DNA of 63,718 bases, the filler included, from Octopus bimaculoides (lineage: Eukaryota), in the NCBI RefSeq assembly GCF_001194135.2. It is 8 parts of 8 records of this genome, joined end to end, with 100 filler letters (N's around TTAATTAATTAA, not from the genome) between each part and the next. Parts side by side here need not be neighbours in the genome. Positions count along the whole stretch, not along the records: positions 1 to 20,008 come from NC_069000.1; 7 more parts are not named here. One strand, given 5' to 3'. The notes below the pieces were generated by a model. That model did no database searches, was not told the DNA's origin, and saw only the letters and a list, made by a program, of their open reading frames with translations. This document shows, piece after piece, positions 1-8,799 of the stretch (its first letter is position 1; each line of letters opens with the position of its first letter). The position numbers were made by a program, and so were the translations under genes.

Positions 1-59
1 GTAGCACGAACGGACCCGGGTTTCAGGGTTATTTCCCTTCGTCAGCGTCCGATAGCTAC
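1..59 (-). ncRNA. Minimal type I hammerhead ribozyme (second copy, opposite strand)
   Basis: Reverse complement reads gtagctatcggacg CTGACGA aggg aaataa ccct GAAA cccgg GTC cgttcgtgctac; core and all stems are intact. Confidence 0.88.
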
Positions 60-574
60 CGACCTTCGATGAGAGGTATAAATTCTTGGCAACCTTATGT
101 ATATTTTTCCAGTGAAATTCTTCACTGATATCGAAAAAATGAAAACAAGCAATGTTAATTCTCTAAATGAAGTATTAACAGTAACTGCACGATAACGTGA
201 AGTGTATTGCCACTTAAGTGTGGATGACCCCTAGGGGTAGATGTTACTGTTGCTTTAGCCCCAGGAGGACATCTCCTCCAACTACGATCACGATGAGAGG
301 GATAACTTCCCTTGGCAAACAAACAGGACACAGTAGTGTGTCGATAAGCCAGCTGGAGGAGATGTCCTCTTGGGGCTAAAGCAACAGTAACATCCACCCC
401 TAGGGGTCTGCCACACTTAAGTGGCAATACACTTCACTTTATCGTGCAGCTACTGTTAATACTTCATTTAGAGAATTAACATTGCTTGTTTTCACTTTTT
501 CGATATCAGTGAAGAATTTCACTGGAAAAATATACATAAGGTTGCCAAGAATTTATACCTCTCATCGAAGGTCG

Positions 575-633
575 GTAGCTATCGGATGCTGACGAAGGGA
601 ACTAACCCTGAAACCCGGGTCCGTTCGTGCTAC
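575..633 (+). ncRNA. Minimal type I hammerhead ribozyme
   Basis: CTGACGA (589-595), stem II AGGG/CCCT with loop AACTAA, GAAA (610-613), palindromic stem III ACCCGGGT, GTC cleavage triplet (619-621). Stem I CGGATG/CGTTCG extends through GTAGC/GCTAC. Confidence 0.9.
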
Positions 634-847
634 GATCACGATGAGAGGGATAACTTCCCTTGGCAAAACAAACAGGACACAGTAGTGTGTCGATAAGCCA
701 GCTGGAGGAGATGTCCTCCTGGGGCTAAAGAAACAGTAACATCTACCGCTAGGGGTCAGCCACACTTAAGTGGCAATACACTTCACTTTATCGTGCAGTT
801 ACTGTTAATACTTCATTTAGAGAATTAACATTGCTTATATATATATA

Positions 848-885
<38 letters not shown>

Positions 886-1449
886 TTTATATGTATGTAT
901 GTGTGTGTGATTACATATGTATGTATATATATATACATGTATAATATATTTGTCTGTGTATGAATGTGTAAGTGCGTGTGTGTGTGTGTAGGTGTGTGTG
1001 CCTGTAAATACACACTCATGCATTAAGCTATTTTCAACTGAGACGTTACAACCGTTTCTAATTCTTCAAGAGCTTAAATTCTGTGCATATGTGCATATAT
1101 TTACCAGATTGATGACATCAACCCTATTTTTCCACTGTGTTGAGGCACTATTTTCTATCATTAATAAAACTGTCGGCATTTTGACGACACAGGTATGTTA
1201 GTATAATAATAAATATTAAAAACTAACTGCAAAGTTAAATTTATGGATAGATATAATCCGTATTCACAACAACCGTTATTTTTATTGGTTCTCTTTTTCC
1301 TTCTCTTCCTACTTCTGTCATCTTTCTTCTTCTTCTTCTTCTTCTTCTTCTTCTTCTTCTTCTTCTTCNNNNNNNNNNTTCTATAGCTACATTATATATT
1401 TTTTATAACATCCATCTCTGATTTATGTTTGTTTTTTTTTTCTATACAG

Positions 1450-1773
1450 TCGTTGAGATCGTAGATATGATTCCTTCAGGCACATTTGATATGGGACACA
1501 CAACAACCCTAATTATAAAATGTCAATATGCTGCAGACAATCTTATTCAGTTTTTTCTATTGCGAAATCACACTGAAGTCATTTTTCAATATGATTATAA
1601 CTTGAAGAGAAAGGCATTTGTCGAACGAAACAAGAAAAGGGGTTTCGAATGTTCTCCACTTGCACAGAATAAAGGTGTGGTTACCTGCACGAAATTTAAT
1701 CTCACTTGCGAGGATGCGACATACTACACATGTAAAACAAATGTAAACATTTCAAAGACTAGACTTTTAAAAG
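1450..1773 (+). CDS. IgSF gene A, V-type Ig domain exon (phase 1-1, 324 nt)
   Basis: Polypyrimidine tract with acag|TC acceptor and AAG|gtcagt donor. Open frame VEIVDMIP...IKCQY...LTCEDATYYTC...LLK contains the Ig B-strand Cys and the DxxxYxC motif. Confidence 0.85.
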
Positions 1774-1943
1774 GTCAGTTTACTCGTTCTTTTTTTACTT
1801 CTGTTTCTTTCTTTTTTTTTTTCACTTATTCAGCTCCATTGTCATTATTTTTATTTCTGTTACGTGTTTCTACAGCACTATTGAACACGGGTTTCATCCA
1901 GTCAGGTCGATTTCCCGGGCCAGCCTCTAACTTCCTCTCTCCA

Positions 1944-2245
1944 TCACTTCCGATCTTCCATTAGTGTTTTTAGGCCTTCAACTTGGCAGCCAACATCTTC
2001 TGCAAGCTGTTGTATATATGTCTTCTGTGGTCTTCCAGTCGCTGTGGTACCGTGATTTGGTACCCACAACAACAGATTACTCACAAGTTCTTTACTTCTC
2101 CAGCAATGGCCACCAAACCTCAATATTCGCTCTTGGATGATTGATGAGAAAGTTGGTACATTCCCATATAACCGTTGTTTTGTTGGGTGCTCCCTCCATG
2201 AAATATTGAGCACTGCACGTAACATTCTGTTGTAGGTACCGTATA
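1944..2245 (-). mobile_element. RTE-clade LINE 3' fragment
   Basis: ORF MLRAVLNISWREH...RILRFGGHCWR...GRPQKTYIQQL matches the RTE ORF C-terminus pattern. Confidence 0.8.
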
Positions 2246-2479
2246 TTTGATATCATCTATTGACGATAACATTCAGTATTAATTTATGTCTATATGATAC
2301 GCCTGATGAGGAGTGCAAAGCATTTTCAAATTTTGCAATTAAACCAAGCTTACACTTGCCGAATCGATGTTACGGGGAAAACTGCTTGGCCTATACACCA
2401 CGTTCTAAAGAACTAAAATATGTTATATAGAACTAATGATTTCATAATAACCATAAATGAGGATATGCACGGAGACCAA

Positions 2480-3110
2480 ATTGGAGATAACGTTTTCAGC
2501 CTTTTTGCTTACTTCCAGTCTACTGAGGATCGAATGCTGAGGCAGGCAAATTACAATGATAGCATCTGCAGTTTTCCATCCAATCTAGCCTCCAAACTTC
2601 CACCACTCGTTATTACATTCCCAAGAAACTTAATCCTCTTAACTTGTCTCCATGATATTCCCTTAATGTACAGAGTGCATTGGGAAGGCTCTCTTGAGAG
2701 AATCAGTGGCCGAGATTTTACAAAACTTATTCTCATCGCTGCCTTACAATTCTCAGCAGTGAGTCCCTTCAGTGATAATGAATGTTGGACAGTGTGCATA
2801 GCTTACGTATCAGGGAGTCTCCCCATGTCCAGCTGCTATTTCACCGTATTGTGAGGTCACAGTTCCGGTGCTATGCTCAAGTGATTCGACTATCGTAGAA
2901 AAGATTCATAAGATGGATTCTTCGAGCCGAGCCAAAGAGAAAAGAAGAGACTTTGAAGTAGGCCAAGACGAGATGGTTGGATAATATGCATAATATCATT
3001 TGGTCACGGTTGGGGATCCAGATGGAAAATATAGTGAAGGCGCCAATGGGGGAGGTGCCTGCGGACACTAACCCCACGGCACTTCGAGGGATAGTGGGCG
3101 ACGAAGATGG
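2480..3110. mobile_element. Decayed RTE-like LINE with inverted 5' part (RT C-terminus on -, 3' end on +)
   Basis: The - strand gives ...VKRIKFLGNVITSGGSLEARLDGKLQ. The + strand from about 2810 gives RESPHVQLLFHRIVRSQFRCYAQVIRL...KTRWLDNMH. Confidence 0.65.
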
Positions 3111-3755
3111 ATAGATAGAGCTTCTGATTGCAAAACAGGTTTCGTAACCACTTGGATATAATTTGAGATAGTATGTGTGAGTGTGAGTATGTATGTATGT
3201 ATGTATGCATGTATGTATGTATGTATGTATGTATTCATGCATGCATGTATGTATGTATGTATGTATGTATGTATTCATGCATGCATGTATGTATGTATGT
3301 ATGTATGTATTCATGCATGCATGTATGTATGTATGTATGTATGTATATGAATGCATGTAAATATGTTTGCGTATGTGAATATATATGTATCTAAATGTGT
3401 TCACATATTCATACACGCGCACACACATATACGCACACGCACACACATAAATATATATAATTGCACACAAATACATGCTTATATATAAGTAAATATACAC
3501 GTTGTGAATGTGTCATTCATCTGTTGTGGAGTTATTGCTAGTGACTTGGCTCCACACAGCCTTATCACTGCTTACACAGTTAACTACTTCCAAGTAACAG
3601 TTCCCAAAGTCCAGGATTAATAATAATTGGAGTGTTGTCAAATGTTTTAGTTTTGCATGAAGATTGTAGTTTAGCTTAGTGAAACTACTCTATCATTGTG
3701 AGGCTCTTTGTTTGAAGATTACATATTTTGATTGTTTTTTTTGTTTTTTTTTCAG

Positions 3756-4061
3756 TGAAATCTCACATGAAGAAACTGGAATTTCTTAACCCGCCCGCTA
3801 AAGTAAACCAGTTAGCGTTCTTCAAATGTTCAGCATACGTCGGTGCACCTTTTGGTGCTACTAACTTTGTATGGGTTCATACCACACAAAACCACAAATG
3901 GATAAATATAAATAGTGTGGTTGTTCCACCTCTTGGCAAGTGTTTAGCTCCAGCAGTGTCACTTAAGAAAATCCTTATTAGAGAGGGGGACATTGGTTAC
4001 TCAAACATCACGTGCGTTCTGTTCGGTGAATCACGCACTATGCTACTCACCAACATAACAG
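3756..4061 (+). CDS. IgSF gene A, C2-type Ig domain exon (phase 1-1, 306 nt)
   Basis: ttcag|TG acceptor and ACAG|gtaaac donor. KSHMKKLEF...FKCSAYVGAP...FVW...NITCVLF...TNIT has the Ig Cys/Trp/Cys pattern. Confidence 0.85.
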
Positions 4062-4506
4062 GTAAACAAGTTTTCCTTGTGTTGTCTTCGTTAACGCTTT
4101 TACATAGTCTTGTTCATTTACGTCTCCTGAAACAATATTTCTGGTTAAATTATACCTTCCAGTGAATTTGTACATCCACTCACGGTTACATTGACAAGTA
4201 TATTTATCCTTGACAGCTATATCATTACGGTCAACCAAATTTATATATTTGCTTTTTTAAGATTCTGGAGACATTTAGTTGACATAAGAAGCTGCATCCT
4301 TTAAATACACTCTATATGACATGGTTTGCATAAAGTCCTCCTTATGGCGGAAATTGTAGTGAAAAGGTCCGTACAGCACGGAAAAGCGGACTTTCTCTTT
4401 GTAAATACATACACATGCACGTACACGCACGTACACACGTACCCACACAGGCTCGCACGCACACGCACACACACATGCATACACACACGCACACACTATT
4501 CACACA

Positions 4507-4810
4507 TTAGTAGAGACATGGTACACCCCTGCCCAAGTGGCAAAGTGGTATGATACACTCAGTAAAAGAGATTTCAGTTTATGTGACGGCCTGTTCTACC
4601 TCCAAGTCATCCGAAGATGAAAGAAAGCTCTCACCCTTGACTGTGGTAAAGCACAGACATCTTCGTTTCTCTCTTTGCTTCGGGTGTTTGTCAGATTGTG
4701 GGACGGTAATAAATGTCCTGTCAACAAAATGTCACTATTCTTTATTTGTTTAAGCAAAGTGCTTCATTCTCCGGAGTTTCCCTTTTTTGAAACCACGCTT
4801 AGTACCCTAC
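4507..4810 (+). mobile_element. Possible degenerate solo LTR related to the 7569 LTR
   Basis: First ~50 bp resemble the start of the 7569 LTR (atggtacacc...gtggtatgatacac); internal AATAAA; ends ...ccctaca. No clean target-site duplication. Confidence 0.4.
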
Positions 4811-6069
4811 ATAATATCATTTGTCTATGTATGTAGGTGTTTACTTGTATTGCAGTTGTCGTCGTCACACGTACTGTTTGTCATGCTGGTCAATGTCACA
4901 ATATCATTGACCATAGATCTGTTGGAGCAGAATACAGCTGAGTTTAGACAGCAAGAGAAAAGAGAACTACATGTTCTACATCCTGAGCGAATTTCTATGC
5001 GTTAAATAGCAGCTGAATCTCCCTAACACATATTCTATCGTCCAAGAAAAAGAAAGTTTCATTCGACTATGAAGTCTTAACTATAAACAAAGTCAAAAAA
5101 CACTAACAATCTCTCTAATTATATCTTTTCATTTAAAAAGTATGAATAACTCTCGTTAATATAGCTCAAACCATGCCTAAAGTAAAAGACAGGGTGGTTA
5201 TGGAGGGAAAGTCTTCGATCATAGGTCAAAGTTATCAGGAATGATCTTAAGATCAACAACATAATTCGACTGGCTCCAGCAATTTGACAAAAAAAGAGAA
5301 TACTTCACGAGAGTGCTTCAGTTTGTCTGAATGACATACAATAGGTACAGGTTCATATTTCAGAGATGAGGAGCTTGCAGTAGGAGAATATAGAGCGTGG
5401 CAAGTCAACACAGAAATAAACAGGAACACATTCTACAAAGAAAAAAAAATTCAATACCGGTATAAAAAACAAAGTGAGAAAAATTGATTGAATTTCTGTT
5501 CAGGATCCAATTTTGATCATACTTTTCGATTGTTGTTCTGTTTAAATATATATATATATTCGGTCTTAGGAGACACATGACATGTGATCTTCTTCTAGCG
5601 CATGATCAGTGCACCTACTGGCCTCCTGTATATATATACGAGTATATATCTTTATATAAACATATGCAATAATCCTTGAGATCTCAGATATTTTTTTCTG
5701 AATCTCCCTGATTCTTATAATGTGCTAGTTACCTGATATTAAATTGATATCAATTAATATCCAATTTCTTACTCCATTGTTTAATATATATATATATATA
5801 TANNNNNNNNNNNNNNNNNNNNNNNNNNNNNNNNNNNNNNNNNNNNNNNNNNNNNNNNNNNNNNNNNNNNNNNNNNNNNNNNNNNNNNNNNNNNNNNNNN
5901 NNNNNNNNNNNNNNNNNNNNNNNNNNNNNNNNNNNNNNNNNNNNNNNNNNNNNTATTGCTTTCATTTCCAATTTGGAAAACAAAACTGCATTGGAACTAA
6001 GATAAAACCTTAATTATTATGTTTATGTATATATTATTTTGTTTATTATTTTTTAATTTTTATTTCTAG

Positions 6070-6102
6070 GTGGTGAGCAGGAACAAATCGCAGATAATGC
6101 AG
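6070..6102 (+). CDS. IgSF gene A, 33-nt linker exon (GGEQEQIADNA)
   Basis: T-rich tract with tttctag| acceptor and GCAG|gtagct donor; phase 1-1, compatible with both neighbouring exons. Confidence 0.65.
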
Positions 6103-6519
6103 GTAGCTTTTATCTTCTAACTTTTGCTTGTTTCAGTTATTAGACGGTGGCCATGCTGGGCCATTCTCTAATAGTCTTCGTTGTACCGAAATGATACGTT
6201 GTGGGCACGTAAACAAACCAACACTGGTTCTCCAGTGATGGTGGAGAACAAGCACTAATATACACATATACATACATGCACACGCTAACACACACTCACA
6301 CACACATACATCCCCCCACTCATACATACACACACACAGACGACCGCACACATACACGACATTCTTGGGTCAAGCACAGACCTATGCAGGGTACCTGACA
6401 CCTAGTGTGACATCAGGCGCTCACAGATCTCTGTCAGCAGGATAATGGTATTAGTAGATGTTGCACCGAGACCATCTATAGTCAATTAGCGGTGAGTAAA
6501 ACTGACAACATCCTCTAGG

Positions 6520-7080
6520 AATCTCTGAGTGTCAATGAAGATCAACTGCCTAGTCGTTTTCGAATAAGTTTCGCGCCGGGTTCCATTGATAGTTTACAAA
6601 AATCCCTCGTCTGGCAGTGCTACGGAATAACATTGCCGATTCGTAATAAAATGTACCGGCATGATATTCCGGTCAGCTGCGCTTGCCCTTGATGCACATT
6701 GCATGATGAAGATTTTCTACACGTATTAGTATAGTGCTTGAGCATCGCTGATTTCTGGAGTTATGTCTAGCAACTGCAATCACTTCTCGGATGGATCTGG
6801 TTATAGGTCAACTCCAAAGTGAAGATTGCTTCGTTGCTTTTCTTTGATTTTTAAAGGGTAGGCTGTTTTCCTTTATTAGGCGCTTATAGTGAAAGATGAT
6901 GCGATTAATGAGAAAGAGACCAAACCTTCATTGACTTTTCAAGTCCAGTTTAAAAGGAAAGTGAGCGTGGAGAGCGAGGTCCTTGCTCCCAGTAAAACTG
7001 TTACACCGTAGATGAATATAGCAAGAATGGCGCGAGTGAATTGTCGTAACCTAAGCGTGCCCAAGTAGTTATAGAAGCAC
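6520..7080 (+). mobile_element. L1/Tx1-clade LINE 3' fragment (zf-RVT region), decayed
   Basis: SLQKSLVWQCYGITLPIRNKMYRHDIPVSCACP*CTLHDEDFLHVLV*C fits the CxxC...H...C zinc-knuckle region, with stops. Confidence 0.7.
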
Positions 7081-7376
7081 GGAGGAGGAAGAAACACAAC
7101 AGTACTCCTGGTGAACAGGTTGACTCAGGATTACTTGGTTACTGTGGGGTTACTTGGTTACCCTTGGGTAGCTTTTCCTTTTTAATTAGGAATTTTGTTG
7201 TTCTGATTTTCTTCTGATTATTTATTGCTTACATGTGTTTATGTAAATCCCCAGTATCCCAATGAAATAGATACCAGTTGAATACTGGAGTTGATGTAAT
7301 CGATGTCCCCCTTCACCAAAGTTTCAGGTCTTATACCAAAATTAAAATGAAATGTGTTTCTTTCTTTCTATTACAG

Positions 7377-7456
7377 ATAAATTATATGATGCAAATACTC
7401 TTACTAGGATTCTGAAATTTGCAGCAACACTGCTTGTTATTTGCAATCTTCGTTAA
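7377..7456 (+). CDS. IgSF gene A, terminal coding exon with hydrophobic tail (DKLYDANTLTRILKFAATLLVICNLR*), putative GPI signal
   Basis: ttacag|AT acceptor in phase 1, stop TAA at 7454-7456, and a donor ATG|gttagt at 7493 just after the stop. Confidence 0.6.
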
Positions 7457-7568
7457 GGATCTCAGAAAACAAACCCCGGCAGAATCAACATGGTTAGTAT
7501 TGTATTTTTCATTTTCATTTCTTTGATTTTGTTGTCCTATATAATATTATTGATTACATTTGTGCTTA

Positions 7569-7945
7569 TGTCGTAGTGGAAATGGTACACCGCTCCCACG
7601 GGACAAATGGTATGATACAGCCATTATAAATTGAGACGACGTCAACCAGTACGGGCAGTCGTGTATCAGTCGTTGTAAAGTTGTTGCACGAGTTCCCAGC
7701 TGGAGTTAAGTGTTAGTTAAGGTTTATAGTCGAGTTCGAGTCAACAGTGAAGGTAGGTGGTTCAAAGTCGCTGTCTTGCAGAGCTATCAGCAATAGCACG
7801 ACAGACGGAGCAATGTATTACTACTCCGGTATAGAAGAGATAAACTATATCCGATACCAGAAAAATGTCTACTATAGTAGATACAACTGCTATAGTCACA
7901 ACAGGGACCACACATTATAGATATGGAAAACACCACACCATAACA
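7569..7945 (+). mobile_element. Solo LTR (377 bp) with 5-bp target-site duplication
   Basis: Begins TGTCGTAG, ends CATAACA, flanked by GCTTA at 7564-7568 and 7946-7950. Homologous to 11576-11924 on the - strand. Confidence 0.85.
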
Positions 7946-8237
7946 GCTTACTGCATTGGTTTTATTCTAAACTCATCGTTATGGCCATTCTTCTTTAAAA
8001 TTTAGATAAATATTCATCGATCAAAAGCATTCGATTACTGAACATCCCATCTTTTCACGGGTGTAGATAATCTTCGTTACTGCGACCATGCTTGGCTACC
8101 AGCTTAAACTGTCGAACAAAGAAACCTCACTACCTATTTTTAAGTTTGCTACTTATTCGATCATCACTTTTACCGAACCTCTAAATTATGGAGCCGTATT
8201 CAAACAACAGCAGTTATGAAGCGCTGGCTAAAGTCAA

Positions 8238-8268
<31 letters not shown>

Positions 8269-8799
8269 CATACATACATATATACATACATACATACATA
8301 CATACATACATACATACACATATAGTTTCTTTCTAAATTGGCAATGCTTTCTTTTTTACAGGTTATTTCGCAACTTCCAAGTGAAAATTAACTCACATTT
8401 TCTCCGGAAATAAATATTTGACTCTATACTATATATTGTGTGCTTTCTTCAATTACTGTTCGTTGATTTCTGATACTGAAAATATATCTTAATGTGTGTT
8501 TGTGTGTACATATGCTCTGATACACATGCATCTAGAAAGGTATAATAAAACAAACTTTCGTATATAGGTACACAATCTTTATCGTTTTGCAACTAGTAAC
8601 TATTTTCCCTAGGTTAGGAGAAGTATAAATAGAAATGACACTGTTTTATGTTGATAGGTATAGTGTAGCGGAACTAAAATGGCATAGGAAAATGTTTAAA
8701 GTTTTGGAAAATTTTGGTCAATCAATCCCAGTGGAATCAAATTACAGATCAGCTAACTTTATAAATGTATCTGGTTGGAATGTAGGATTATATGCAGCT

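Larger units (their letters stand above)
1..836. mobile_element. Hammerhead-containing repeat (retrozyme-like or Penelope pseudo-LTR): 280-bp inverted arms plus a 348-bp tandem unit
   Basis: 1-280 is the near-exact reverse complement of 354-633. The sequence starting at 282 (ctacgatcacgatgagagg) recurs at 630 and runs to 836, giving a 348-bp period. Each arm carries a hammerhead core. Confidence 0.85.

Noticed and set aside
1112-1192. MTSTLFF...TTQ with a gtatgt donor as the gene A signal exon
   Set aside because: The donor is phase 0 in the open frame but the V exon needs phase 1, and the phase-1 frame has stops; the leader is probably upstream of the window.
2304-2335. CTGATGAG...CAAA as a third hammerhead
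   Set aside because: No GAAA, no stem I or III pairing, and the paralogous copy reads CTGATCA.
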